This document shows positions 28,279-38,540 of a DNA stretch of 64,000 nucleotides, in pieces. The stretch's first letter is position 1; each line of letters opens with the position of its first letter. The position numbers and the translations under genes are program-made. The notes beneath the pieces were generated by a model. It was not told the DNA's origin. It saw only the letters and a list, made by a program, of their open reading frames with translations, and did not search any database. Source of the stretch: Escherichia coli O157 typing phage 7; sequence record KP869105; one strand, given 5' to 3'.

Positions 28279-29447
28279 GTATGTTACAACGTCCTGGATA
28301 TCCAAATCTCAGCGTTAAATTATTTGAGAGTTATGACGCTTGGAGTAATAATAGATTTGTTGAATTAGCTGCTACTATTACCACATTAACTATGCGTGAC
28401 TCTCTTTATGGTCGAAATGAAGGAATGCTACAATTTTATGATTCTAAAAACATTCATACAAAAATGGATGGAAATGAAATAATTCAGATTTCTGTAGCTA
28501 ATGCAAACGATATTAATAATGTTAAAACCCGAATTTATGGATGCAAGCATTTTTCCGTGTCAGTAGATTCAAAAGGCGATAACATCATTGCTATTGAATT
28601 AGGAACTATTCATTCTATAGAAAATCTTAAATTTGGTAGACCATTTTTCCCTGATGCCGGTGAATCTATAAAGGAAATGCTTGGCGTAATTTATCAAGAT
28701 CGTACATTATTAACTCCAGCGATAAATGCTATTAATGCTTATGTTCCTGATATTCCATGGACTAGCACATTTGAAAACTATTTGTCATATGTAAGAGAAG
28801 TTGCTCTAGCGGTAGGAAGCGATAAGTTCGTATTTGTATGGCAAGACATCATGGGAGTTAACATGATGGACTATGATATGATGATAAATCAAGAACCATA
28901 TCCAATGATTGTAGGTGAGCCAACTTTAATAGGTCAATTCGTCCAAGAATTGAAATATCCATTAGCATATGATTTTGTTTGGTTGACTAAATCAAACCCG
29001 CATAAACGCGATCCAATGAAAAATGCTACTATCTATGCTCATTCATTTTTAGATTCTTCATTACCAATGATTACTACAGGAAAGGGTGAAAACTCTATTG
29101 TAGTGTCAAGGTCAGGTGCTTATTCTGAAATGACTTATAGAAATGGATATGAAGAAGCTATTCGTCTTCAGACTATGGCGCAGTATGATGGTTACGCTAA
29201 ATGTTCTACTGTCGGTAATTTTAACTTGACTCCTGGCGTTAAAATTATTTTTAATGATAGTAAAAACCAATTTAAAACAGAATTTTACGTTGATGAAGTT
29301 ATTCACGAATTATCAAATAATAATTCCGTAACTCATCTTTATATGTTCACTAATGCAACGAAACTGGAAACAATCGACCCAGTTAAGGTTAAAAATGAAT
29401 TTAAAACTGATACTACCACTGAAGAAAGTAGTTCTTCCGATAAGTAA
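28275..29447 (+). CDS. 27: baseplate hub protein gp27
   Basis: 390 aa (T4 about 391); ATGA overlap with gp51. Confidence 0.9.
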   Translation: MSMLQRPGYPNLSVKLFESYDAWSNNRFVELAATITTLTMRDSLYGRNEGMLQFYDSKNIHTKMDGNEIIQISVANANDINNVKTRIYGCKHFSVSVDSKGDNIIAIELGTIHSIENLKFGRPFFPDAGESIKEMLGVIYQDRTLLTPAINAINAYVPDIPWTSTFENYLSYVREVALAVGSDKFVFVWQDIMGVNMMDYDMMINQEPYPMIVGEPTLIGQFVQELKYPLAYDFVWLTKSNPHKRDPMKNATIYAHSFLDSSLPMITTGKGENSIVVSRSGAYSEMTYRNGYEEAIRLQTMAQYDGYAKCSTVGNFNLTPGVKIIFNDSKNQFKTEFYVDEVIHELSNNNSVTHLYMFTNATKLETIDPVKVKNEFKTDTTTEESSSSDK

Positions 29448-29928
29448 TAAAGAGGTTTCTATTCCTAAGATGGGTCTTAAACATTATAACATTTTAAAAG
29501 ATGTTAAAGGTCCTGATGAAAATTTAAAGCTTCTTATTGATTCTATTTGTCCAAATTTATCACCGGCAGAAGTTGATTTCGTTTCTATTCATTTGCTAGA
29601 ATTTAATGGAAAGATTAAATCTCGTAAAGAAATAGATGGTTATACTTATGATATTAATGACGTTTATGTATGCCAAAGATTGGAATTTCAATACCAAGGA
29701 AATACATTTTATTTTAGACCTCCTGGAAAATTTGAACAATTTTTAACTGTAAGCGATATGTTATCCAAATGCTTGCTTAAGGTCAATGATGAAGTTAAAG
29801 AAATTAATTTTCTTGAGATGCCAGCATTTGTTTTAAAATGGGCAAATGATATTTCTACAACTTTAGCAATTCCTGGCCCTAATGGTCCAATAACCGGAAT
29901 TGGCAATATTATTGGATTATTTGAATGA
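29395..29928 (+). CDS. 28: baseplate hub distal protein gp28
   Basis: Track ORF trimmed to the ATG at 29395, giving 177 aa (T4 gp28 length as recalled); overlaps the 3' end of gene 27 in another frame. Confidence 0.7.
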   Translation: MNLKLILPLKKVVLPISNKEVSIPKMGLKHYNILKDVKGPDENLKLLIDSICPNLSPAEVDFVSIHLLEFNGKIKSRKEIDGYTYDINDVYVCQRLEFQYQGNTFYFRPPGKFEQFLTVSDMLSKCLLKVNDEVKEINFLEMPAFVLKWANDISTTLAIPGPNGPITGIGNIIGLFE

Positions 29929-31697
29929 AAAAGCCACAAGAAATGCAAACGATGCGTAGAAAAGTTATTTCAGATAATAAACCAACACAGGAAGCGGCTA
30001 AATCCGCTTCTAATACTTTATCTGGTCTTAATGACATTTCTACAAAATTAGATGATGCTCAAGCTGCTTCTGAATTAATAGCTCAGACTGTTGAAGAAAA
30101 ATCAAATGAAATAGTTGGAGCAATTGATAACGTTGAAAGCGCAGTAAGTGATACTACTGCCGGTTCTGAGTTAATTGCTGAAACTGTTGAAATTGGAAAC
30201 AATATTAATAAAGAAATCGGTGAATCGCTCGGAAGCAAATTAGATAAATTAACAAGTTTACTGGAACAAAAAATTCAGACAGCTGGAATTCAGCAAACTG
30301 GAACGAGTTTAGCAGTAGTCGAAAATGCTATTCCTGTTAAAGTCGTCGAGGATGATACAGCTGAATCTGTGGGTCCTTTATTACCGGCTCCTGAAGCAGT
30401 TAATAATGATCCTGATGCTGATTTTTTCCCTACTCCTCAGCCAATTGAACCAAAACAAGAGTCTCCAGAAGAGAAGCAAAAAAGAGACGCATTTAACTTA
30501 AAATTATCTCAAGCTTTAGATAAATTAACAAAGACAGTTGATTTCGGATTTAAGAAATCTATTTCAATTACTGATAAAATATCTAGTATGCTATTTAAGT
30601 ATACCGTCAGTGCTGCTATTGAAGCTGCTAAAATGGTTGCATTGATAATGGCTGTTGTTATTGGAATAGACCTGCTGATGGTTCATTTTAAATACTGGTC
30701 AGATAAATTTTCAAAAGCCTGGGATTTATTTAGCACTGATTTTACTAAATTCTCTAGCGAAACCGGAACATGGGGTCCTTTATTACAGAGCATCTTTGAT
30801 TCTATTGATGAAATTAAAAAGTTCTGGGAAGCTGGAGATTGGGGCGGATTAACAGTAGCTATTATTGAAGGGCTTGGAAGTGTTCTTTATAATTTAGGAG
30901 AGCTTATTCAATTAGGTATGGCTAAATTATCTGCAGCAATTCTTCGAGTCATTCCTGGCATGAAGGATACTGCTGATGAAGTAGAAGGAAGAGCATTAGA
31001 AAATTTCCAAAATTCTACTGGAGCATCTCTTAATAAAGAAGACCAAGAAAAAGTAGCAAATTATCAAGATAAACGAATGAATGATGATCTTGGCCCAATA
31101 GCAAAAGGATTAGACAAAATTGCGAACTGGAAAACTCGTGCATCTAACTGGATTCGTGGTGTAGATAATAAAGAAGCATTGACTACTGACGAAGAACGTG
31201 CAGCAGAAGAAGAAAAATTAAAACAACTTTCACCGGAAGAAAGAAAAAATGCTTTAATGAAAGCTAATGAAGCTCGTGCTGCGATGATTCGTTTTGAAAA
31301 ATACGCTGATTCAGCTGATATGAGCAAAGACTCGACAGTTAAATCAATTGAAGCTGCTCATGAAGACCTTAAAAAACGAATGAATGATCCGGATTTAAAT
31401 AATTCACCAGCAGTTAAAAAAGAACTTGCTTCTAGATTTGCTAAAATTGATGCCACTTATCAAGAGCTCAAGAAAAATCAACCTGAAGCAAAACCTGAAA
31501 CTTCTGCTAAATCACCAGAAGCAAAACAGGTCCAGGTGATTGAAAAGAACAAAGCACAACAAGCTCCTGTTCAACAAGCATCTCCTTCAATCAATAATAC
31601 TAATAATGTTATTAAGAAAAATACTGTCGTTCATAATATGACACCTGTCACAAGCACAACTGCTCCTGGTGTATTTGGTGCGACGGGAGTTAATTAA
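29925..31697 (+). CDS. 29: baseplate hub protein and tail length determinant gp29
   Basis: 590 aa as in T4 gp29; ATGA overlap with gp28. Confidence 0.9.
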   Translation: MKKPQEMQTMRRKVISDNKPTQEAAKSASNTLSGLNDISTKLDDAQAASELIAQTVEEKSNEIVGAIDNVESAVSDTTAGSELIAETVEIGNNINKEIGESLGSKLDKLTSLLEQKIQTAGIQQTGTSLAVVENAIPVKVVEDDTAESVGPLLPAPEAVNNDPDADFFPTPQPIEPKQESPEEKQKRDAFNLKLSQALDKLTKTVDFGFKKSISITDKISSMLFKYTVSAAIEAAKMVALIMAVVIGIDLLMVHFKYWSDKFSKAWDLFSTDFTKFSSETGTWGPLLQSIFDSIDEIKKFWEAGDWGGLTVAIIEGLGSVLYNLGELIQLGMAKLSAAILRVIPGMKDTADEVEGRALENFQNSTGASLNKEDQEKVANYQDKRMNDDLGPIAKGLDKIANWKTRASNWIRGVDNKEALTTDEERAAEEEKLKQLSPEERKNALMKANEARAAMIRFEKYADSADMSKDSTVKSIEAAHEDLKKRMNDPDLNNSPAVKKELASRFAKIDATYQELKKNQPEAKPETSAKSPEAKQVQVIEKNKAQQAPVQQASPSINNTNNVIKKNTVVHNMTPVTSTTAPGVFGATGVN

Positions 31698-31705
31698 GGA
31701 ATAAT

Positions 31706-32800
31706 ATGGCAATTGTTAAAGAAATAACTGCTGATTTAATTAAAAAGTCCGGTGAAACAATTTCAGCCGGACAGAGTACTAAATCAGAAGTAGGAACTAA
31801 AACATACACAGCCCAGTTTCCAACTGGGCGTGCTAGTGGTAATGACACTACAGGGGACTTCCAGGTAACAGATCTATATAAGAATGGATTATTATTTACT
31901 GCATACAATATGTCATCTAGGGATTCTGGAAGTCTTAGAACGATGAGATCTAACTACTCTTCTTCATCTTCGAGTATTTTACGTACAGCCAGAAACACTA
32001 TCAGTAATACAGTATCAAAACTATCAAATGGACTAATATCAGATAATAATTCAGGAACAATAAGTAAAGTTCCTGTTGCAAATATTCTTTTACCTAGATC
32101 TAAATCTGACGTCGATACGTCATCACATAGATTTAATGATGTTCAAGATAGTCTTATTACAAAAGGCGGAGGTACTGCTACTGGTGTGCTAAGTAATATG
32201 GCTTCAACTGCAGTATTTGGTGCGCTTGAAAGTATAACACAAGGAATAATGGCTGATAATAATGAACAGATCTATACAACAGCTAGAAGTATGTATGGCG
32301 GTGCTGAAAATAGAACAAAAGTGTTCACCTGGGATTTGACTCCGCGCTCAACAGAAGATTTAATGGCTATTATTAATATCTATCAGTATTTTAACTATTT
32401 TTCTTACGGTGAAACTGGTAAATCTCAATATGCTGCTGAAATAAAAGGATATTTAGATGAGTGGTATCGTTCTACATTTATTGAACCATTAACGCCAGAA
32501 GACGCGATTAAAAACAAGACGTTATTTGAAAAAATGACATCGAGTTTAACGAACGTTCTTGTAGTTTCAAACCCGACAATTTGGATGGTGAAAAACTTTG
32601 GTGCAACTTCTAAATTTGATGGAAAGACTGAAGTATTCGGTCCATGCCAAATACAGAGTATTAGATTTGATAAAACACCAAATGGTAACTTTAATGGATT
32701 AGCTATTGCTCCTAACCTTCCAAGTTCTTTTACACTCGAGATTACTATGAGAGAGATTATTACGTTAAACCGTGCTTCTTTATATACGGGGACTTTCTAA
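31706..32800 (+). CDS. 48: baseplate tail tube cap gp48
   Basis: 364 aa as in T4 gp48. Confidence 0.9.
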   Translation: MAIVKEITADLIKKSGETISAGQSTKSEVGTKTYTAQFPTGRASGNDTTGDFQVTDLYKNGLLFTAYNMSSRDSGSLRTMRSNYSSSSSSILRTARNTISNTVSKLSNGLISDNNSGTISKVPVANILLPRSKSDVDTSSHRFNDVQDSLITKGGGTATGVLSNMASTAVFGALESITQGIMADNNEQIYTTARSMYGGAENRTKVFTWDLTPRSTEDLMAIINIYQYFNYFSYGETGKSQYAAEIKGYLDEWYRSTFIEPLTPEDAIKNKTLFEKMTSSLTNVLVVSNPTIWMVKNFGATSKFDGKTEVFGPCQIQSIRFDKTPNGNFNGLAIAPNLPSSFTLEITMREIITLNRASLYTGTF

Positions 32801-33765
32801 TGTATTCTTTAGAGGAATTTAATAATCAAGCAATAAACGCAGACTTCCAACGTAATAATATGTTCAGCTGTGTTTTTGCTACAACTCCATCAACTAAAAG
32901 CTCATCGTTAATAAGCTCAATTAGTAACTTTGCTTATAATAACTTGGGTCTAAATTCAGATTGGTTGGGATTAACTCAAGGTGATATTAATCAGGGAATT
33001 ACTACGCTAATTACCGCTGGCACACAAAAACTGATAAGAAAATCAGGGGTTAGTAAATATCTTATTGGTGCCATGAGTCAACGTACAGTTCAAAGTTTAT
33101 TAGGCTCATTTACAGTTGGTACATATTTAATTGACTTCTTTAACATGGCATATAACTCATCTGGATTGATGATATATTCTGTAAAAATGCCAGAGAATAG
33201 ATTATCCTATGAAACTGACTGGAACTATAATTCTCCTAATATTCGTATAACTGGAAGAGAATTAGACCCTTTGGTTATTTCATTTAGAATGGATTCAGAA
33301 GCTTGTAACTATCGTGCAATGCAAGACTGGGTTAACGCTGTTCAAGACCCAGTAACTGGATTGCGTGCTTTACCGCAAGATGTCGAGGCAGATATTCAGG
33401 TCAATCTTCATTCTCGCAATGGATTACCACATACTGCGGTGATGTTCACTGGCTGTATTCCAATATCTGTGAGTGCTCCTGAGTTATCATATGATGGAGA
33501 TAACCAAATAACTACATTTGATGTTACTTTCGCTTATAGAGTCATGCAGGCTGGAGCAGTTGATAGACAAGCTGCCCTTGAATGGCTTGAATCTGCTACT
33601 ATAAATGGTATTCAAAGCGTTCTCGGAAATAGTGGAGGTGTTACTGGACTATCTAATTCGCTTTCACGACTTAGTAGATTAGGGGGAACTGCAGGAAGCA
33701 TTTCAAATATTAATACTATGACAGGAATTGTCAATTCGCAAAGTAAAATATTAGGAGCAATATAA
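32800..33765 (+). CDS. 54: baseplate tail tube initiator gp54
   Basis: 321 aa (T4 about 320); TAATG coupling to gp48; followed by bidirectional terminator. Confidence 0.9.
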   Translation: MYSLEEFNNQAINADFQRNNMFSCVFATTPSTKSSSLISSISNFAYNNLGLNSDWLGLTQGDINQGITTLITAGTQKLIRKSGVSKYLIGAMSQRTVQSLLGSFTVGTYLIDFFNMAYNSSGLMIYSVKMPENRLSYETDWNYNSPNIRITGRELDPLVISFRMDSEACNYRAMQDWVNAVQDPVTGLRALPQDVEADIQVNLHSRNGLPHTAVMFTGCIPISVSAPELSYDGDNQITTFDVTFAYRVMQAGAVDRQAALEWLESATINGIQSVLGNSGGVTGLSNSLSRLSRLGGTAGSISNINTMTGIVNSQSKILGAI

Positions 33766-33769
33766 CAAT

Positions 33770-33795
33770 GGGGACCGAAAGGTCCCCATATTTTT
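33770..33795. terminator. bidirectional hairpin terminator between gene 54 and the minus-strand early block
   Basis: GGGGACC-GAAA-GGTCCCC followed by ATATTTTTATTT. Confidence 0.65.
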
Positions 33796-34084
33796 ATTTA
33801 CGGAATGAAATAAAAGCAGCAACTGAAGCAACAGAGGTTTCTTCAATATAAACCTCAATTTTTACCGGAGCTTCTGACTCAAATTTACCTGTTACTACAC
33901 CTTGGAAAATACTTTCAGTCTGTTCTGGCTTTGAAAAATTTTCAGAAGGAAAAATTCCGAACTTTTTATCTGTTCCAAAAATTTTGATAAATTCATCGTA
34001 AACTGCTTCATTGAAAGCGTTATCAGCGGGAATAACGCCTTCAACGACGAGTTCTTGACCTAAAAAGCGCAAAGAAGATTTCAT
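33794..34084 (-). CDS. hypothetical protein downstream of the alt genes
   Basis: 96 aa; GAGGA Shine-Dalgarno; own early promoter/stem-loop cassette upstream. Confidence 0.55.
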   Translation of the reverse strand: MKSSLRFLGQELVVEGVIPADNAFNEAVYDEFIKIFGTDKKFGIFPSENFSKPEQTESIFQGVVTGKFESEAPVKIEVYIEETSVASVAAFISFRK

Positions 34085-34092
34085 TTTGTGTT

Positions 34093-34145
34093 CCTCATGT
34101 TATGTCAGTAAGACTACTATAACACAACATGAGGGACTTGTAAAC
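34093..34145 (-). promoter_or_regulatory. T4-type early promoter with stem-loop (PeSL-like cassette), copy A
   Basis: Minus strand: GTTTAC, 17 nt, TTATAG-type -10; 9-bp inverted repeat CCTCATGTT/AACATGAGG around the -10; GAGGA Shine-Dalgarno follows. Confidence 0.6.
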
Positions 34146-36202
34146 TACATTTTGAACTTTTTAGACATTCCGTTGATGTTAACCAAAGAAGCTAAGATTT
34201 GAGAAACTTCGTTTTCCTCTTCTTTTGATTCTTCTACAAGGAATTGATTAAATCCAGCCATTGGACGAACTTCACCAGTTTCCATTAGATGGTCGCCATC
34301 ATATACTGATTCTTCTAATTGTTCAGAAGGAGGAACGATTGTACCTTCGATTAGATACTTGTTATAAGCAGTTTCTTTCATAAAGTAAGTACTTACTTTA
34401 TTAATCTTCAGTAAAATTCCACGTGGTAGAATAACTTCAGCTTCTGATGGAAATCCTGACAAATGACCTGGAACGATAACTTTAACTCGTTCAGCTCCTT
34501 TAATTACCATACCCACGCTAGTTTCAGCATCTTCATTAGCATATGTAGAATGACTACCCATATGCATCAAATCTTCTGCATCAACGGAACCTTCTCCTTC
34601 ACCAGAAAATACTGCTCCGGAATTATCTAAGGCCATATAATTTTTACCATACTCACCAAAGATATTTGGTTTAAGTGATGTCGATACGAAGTTCTTGAAA
34701 TAGAACATTTTATTTTCAATGTTATGACGCAAAGTTTTAAAAGTAACTTCTTGTCCACGGTAAAGTGTAGTTCCTGGAGGAAGAACTGAACCTTTAGCGA
34801 ATGCAGAATCCAGCGTCTCAATATGTTTAATAGCTCGTTCCATATATTCTTCACGTGTAGAATCAGGTTTACCTAAAAGGAATGAGTTCATTTCAACATA
34901 CGAATCTGCGCAATAATCTTCAATTACATCAGACTCAGCCTGAGTCAATCCTTTTGGAGTTACTTCAGTGCTTGCATATTCATACGCCTGAGCAGCGGAT
35001 TCATCAATTAATTTATAAATGCCATTCATGACAAATTGAATAATAGCTGTCTTTTCATCTGGCGTAGCTTTAGAACCTTTAACTAAATCATTGACAATTT
35101 TCTTAATAACATCAAAGCTATTAGAAATATTAATGTCAGCAAGATCGCTTAAAATTTTATCAGTTTTATAATCAAAAAATTCTTTATTCTTTAAATATTC
35201 TTGAGAACTTTGATATGTTATATCGCTCTGCAACTTGATAGATGGATCACGTAAACGTGCATGGGCTAATGCAATATGATTTCGGAAGCTTTCTAGTTCA
35301 TAATCGTTAGATTTAAAACGAGAAGCACTTCTCATACCACCGATAGCTCCTTTGCTGAAGTTTGAACCAATCTGAATAACGCCAGAGTTCATTGGTCCTT
35401 CTGCTTTATATACCGGAACTTTAGATTCAAACTCTTGATATTTCTTAGCAGCGAAGCTATCACCCTGAAGTGAAGCATCAACAGTAGAATATTGAGCTTG
35501 TGCTGCTAATCGACGGCTAATTTTAGTTTTCTGAATAACAGCTTGATCCGTACGCTTATCATTTTCTAAAGCAATAGAAGCAGCAACTGCGACAGCTTTA
35601 GGAACAGCATTACCTGTTTTAACGTCTACATAAACATCACCAACCTTTGATTCAACTTTTGTGAATAACTCAGTTGAAATAGGAGGTACACCTGGAATGT
35701 CTTCTAAATTGGCATTTTTACGGTAAACCATAATATATGCATATTTCTTATCATAGTCCCAGATTTCCTTTAAAAGAACATATCGACCTGCTCCTTTAGT
35801 ACGTACTAAACGGTCAGCAATAACTTGCATTTGACGAGCAGCGCCGTTTGTTTTACTTTTTAGTACGCGGAATAGGCATGCATCAATTTTATACTGTTTC
35901 ATTGTTTGAAGAGCAGTATCAAAAACCGCATTAATGACGCCAATTGGATTTCCACCCAAGTTTTTAAGCTTAACTAACGATAATTTCTCGTTGACGCCTA
36001 TCATTACGATATGCATCATTTTGTCGCCTGGCTTAACGTTTTTATTCGTATCACCGCCAGAGGTGTATGTACAAAATCTAAATCCAGGAAGCACGCTTTC
36101 TTCACCGGCTTGAATAGCAAAAATTTGTGGTATTTTATGCTTAGGATTTAAGTTAACAACCGGCGCCGAAGCGCCGTCAAATAATTCTGTAATAAGTTCC
36201 AT
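34145..36202 (-). CDS. Alt-family ADP-ribosyltransferase, paralog A (candidate alt.-1)
   Basis: 685 aa; N-terminus MELITELFDGASAPVVNLNPKHKIPQIFAIQ parallels the upstream paralog; R-S-E ART motifs (LYRGQE, FVSTSL, SEAEVILPRG). Confidence 0.85.
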   Translation of the reverse strand: MELITELFDGASAPVVNLNPKHKIPQIFAIQAGEESVLPGFRFCTYTSGGDTNKNVKPGDKMMHIVMIGVNEKLSLVKLKNLGGNPIGVINAVFDTALQTMKQYKIDACLFRVLKSKTNGAARQMQVIADRLVRTKGAGRYVLLKEIWDYDKKYAYIMVYRKNANLEDIPGVPPISTELFTKVESKVGDVYVDVKTGNAVPKAVAVAASIALENDKRTDQAVIQKTKISRRLAAQAQYSTVDASLQGDSFAAKKYQEFESKVPVYKAEGPMNSGVIQIGSNFSKGAIGGMRSASRFKSNDYELESFRNHIALAHARLRDPSIKLQSDITYQSSQEYLKNKEFFDYKTDKILSDLADINISNSFDVIKKIVNDLVKGSKATPDEKTAIIQFVMNGIYKLIDESAAQAYEYASTEVTPKGLTQAESDVIEDYCADSYVEMNSFLLGKPDSTREEYMERAIKHIETLDSAFAKGSVLPPGTTLYRGQEVTFKTLRHNIENKMFYFKNFVSTSLKPNIFGEYGKNYMALDNSGAVFSGEGEGSVDAEDLMHMGSHSTYANEDAETSVGMVIKGAERVKVIVPGHLSGFPSEAEVILPRGILLKINKVSTYFMKETAYNKYLIEGTIVPPSEQLEESVYDGDHLMETGEVRPMAGFNQFLVEESKEEENEVSQILASLVNINGMSKKFKM

Positions 36203-36205
36203 GAT

Positions 36206-38302
36206 TTATCCTTGAACGAACTTGTAAGGCATGTTTGTAATATCTATGCAAGACGCAATAATTCCAAGAGATGATTCTACTTTCTGTTTAACATTTGATG
36301 AAACAAATGATGCAAAGTCAACTCTGTCTTCTATTTCAATATCACCTGTCATTGCAACCAATTCACCAGTTTCCATTAAATGGTCTCCGTCATAGATTAC
36401 CGATTCGGTGAGCTCTTCCGTGGTCATAACTTCAGCTTGAATGAGTTTTGTATTATTAGATGTTGTTCCGTCATTATTAGAAGCATCAGTTATTTTATTA
36501 ACTTTGACCATCAATCCACGCGGTAGAATAACTTCAGCTTCTGTTGCTATTCCGAGACTTCCTGGATATACAACATTAACTTTATGAGCTCCATCAATTG
36601 CCCATCCTATTTGAACTTTAACGTATTCAGGATTTTCTTTATACGCTCTTATTTCGTTTGGATTAATAGTTATTCCTTCTTCATTTTTATCAACTGTTAA
36701 TTCATTGCGAGCTTCTGGTTCTAAAAGACCAATACCAGCATGTGTGATTCCAAAACGTCCAAAAATGATAGGAGTTAAAGAAGTAGATACAAAATTTCTG
36801 AAGTAGAACACTTTATTTTTAACTAACGCTTCATATATAGGAGCAGTCATACTTTGAGCACGATAAACTGTGATGCCTTCCGGTATGCGGTCACCATTTT
36901 CAAAAGCTGAATCTAAGTTATTTATAGCAGATTCAATTTCTTTTTCACTCATTACATCATATCGTTCTGGATTGTAACGACCTAAAAGAAGATTATTGAT
37001 GTCAGTATATCCTGAACCGCAATATTCTCTAATGCCACGCTTTTGTGATGGAGTATATTTAGAACCATCGCGGGCAATAGTAATATCAATCATTGGACCA
37101 GCACCAATTCCAGAAAAACTGTAAATCATTCGTTTGAGGAATTTAGTTTTTGCTGCGTTCCAGGAATTTTTAGTTATTTCTTCCCAGACTTCATCTGGTT
37201 GTCCTTTACGATTTTTATTATGATTAGCAAGCCATTTATCTTTATAATCTTCAAAGAATTGATTTACAGCTGCTGCGTATTTCTCTAAACATTTTATTGA
37301 AGTAGTTGGTTCATTTTTAATTGCATTAAAAATTACTTCTTTAATTTTTTCTGAAACTTCACCGACTTGACTCATTGGAAAGAATTTATAATCATAGTGA
37401 AGTTCATCTGCCGTTCCTTCAGCAATAATTTTTGCTGCCTTTGTTTTAGAAGCTAATGAATTAATTCCAATTTTCATTTCTTCTGCTTCGGGAATTAAAG
37501 GTGCAGTAGCTGGTTTATTAAAATTAGCTGCTGTAGATTCATACTTCTGGAATAATTCACTTTCAAATCTAGAAGATTCCAATGACTGACTTTGTGCAAT
37601 TGCTCTACGGGAAATTTTAACTTTAACGATTACGGCTTGGTCAGAACGTTTATCATTTTCTTGTGCAATAGATGCAGCAATTGCCTCATTTTTGGTTACT
37701 TGAGCTCCAGTATCTTTATTGATATAAACATCACCGACCTTCGATTCAACTTTAGTAAAGAGCTCGGTGCTAATTTCTGGAACTCCTGGAATGTCTTCTA
37801 GTGATACATTTTTACGATGTATAAGAATATATGCATACTTTTTATCGTAATCCCAGAGTTCCTTAAGAAGGACGTATCTGCCACCTGAACGACTACGGAT
37901 AAGTCTATCAGCAATAACTTGAATTTGTCGAGCTTGGCCAGCAGTTTTAGACTTAAGAATACGAAGCATACAAGCATCAATTTTATATTGACGCATTGTT
38001 TGCATTGCAACAGTAAAAACTGAATTGATATAATTAATTGGGCTTGGACCAAGACCTTTTAATTTAGCAATTGAACCTTTAGCAGTTAATGTAAAAGGAA
38101 CAATGTGCATCATTTTGTCGCCCATTTTTAAATCGCGATTAGTATCACCTCCAGATGTATATGTACATAAACGAAAGCCTGGTTGTTCAATTGCATCATC
38201 AACATGAACTGAAAAAATTTGTGGTATTTTCTTCTTTGGATTTAAGTTTGTAATCGGAAGAGTAGTATCTTCGTCAAATAATTCTGTAATAAGTTCCATC
38301 AT
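36206..38302 (-). CDS. alt: Alt ADP-ribosyltransferase (packaged, modifies host RNA polymerase in T4)
   Basis: 698 aa from first ATG (second ATG at 38299); N-terminus MELITELFDEDTTLPITNL as recalled for T4 Alt; R-S-E motifs (VYRAQS, FVSTSL, TEAEVILPRG); late promoter box upstream. Confidence 0.9.
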   Translation of the reverse strand: MMELITELFDEDTTLPITNLNPKKKIPQIFSVHVDDAIEQPGFRLCTYTSGGDTNRDLKMGDKMMHIVPFTLTAKGSIAKLKGLGPSPINYINSVFTVAMQTMRQYKIDACMLRILKSKTAGQARQIQVIADRLIRSRSGGRYVLLKELWDYDKKYAYILIHRKNVSLEDIPGVPEISTELFTKVESKVGDVYINKDTGAQVTKNEAIAASIAQENDKRSDQAVIVKVKISRRAIAQSQSLESSRFESELFQKYESTAANFNKPATAPLIPEAEEMKIGINSLASKTKAAKIIAEGTADELHYDYKFFPMSQVGEVSEKIKEVIFNAIKNEPTTSIKCLEKYAAAVNQFFEDYKDKWLANHNKNRKGQPDEVWEEITKNSWNAAKTKFLKRMIYSFSGIGAGPMIDITIARDGSKYTPSQKRGIREYCGSGYTDINNLLLGRYNPERYDVMSEKEIESAINNLDSAFENGDRIPEGITVYRAQSMTAPIYEALVKNKVFYFRNFVSTSLTPIIFGRFGITHAGIGLLEPEARNELTVDKNEEGITINPNEIRAYKENPEYVKVQIGWAIDGAHKVNVVYPGSLGIATEAEVILPRGLMVKVNKITDASNNDGTTSNNTKLIQAEVMTTEELTESVIYDGDHLMETGELVAMTGDIEIEDRVDFASFVSSNVKQKVESSLGIIASCIDITNMPYKFVQG

Positions 38303-38322
38303 AGCCTCTCTAGTGTTTATTC

Positions 38323-38330
38323 TATTTATA
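38323..38330 (-). promoter_or_regulatory. T4 late promoter box on minus strand (alt)
   Basis: Plus-strand TATTTATA about 20 nt upstream of the alt start. Confidence 0.6.
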
Positions 38331-38351
38331 AAATTAAAGGCCCGAAGGCCT

Positions 38352-38540
38352 TTAGTAATCTAGTGGTAAGAGAGTACGATATATTTCAAACTTTGGTCCT
38401 TTTTCATAGGCATCAAATGTTTCTGTAAATTTATTGTAAGCATATGCATCTACAAATTCGAGAATGACTTGTGATACAGAAGTAGAAACATCTCCACCTT
38501 CTTTTTGAGCAATGACAATTGTTTCTAAGTAAGCTTTCAT
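38352..38540 (-). CDS. hypothetical small protein
   Basis: 62 aa; start overlaps DNA ligase stop (ATGA). Confidence 0.5.
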   Translation of the reverse strand: MKAYLETIVIAQKEGGDVSTSVSQVILEFVDAYAYNKFTETFDAYEKGPKFEIYRTLLPLDY

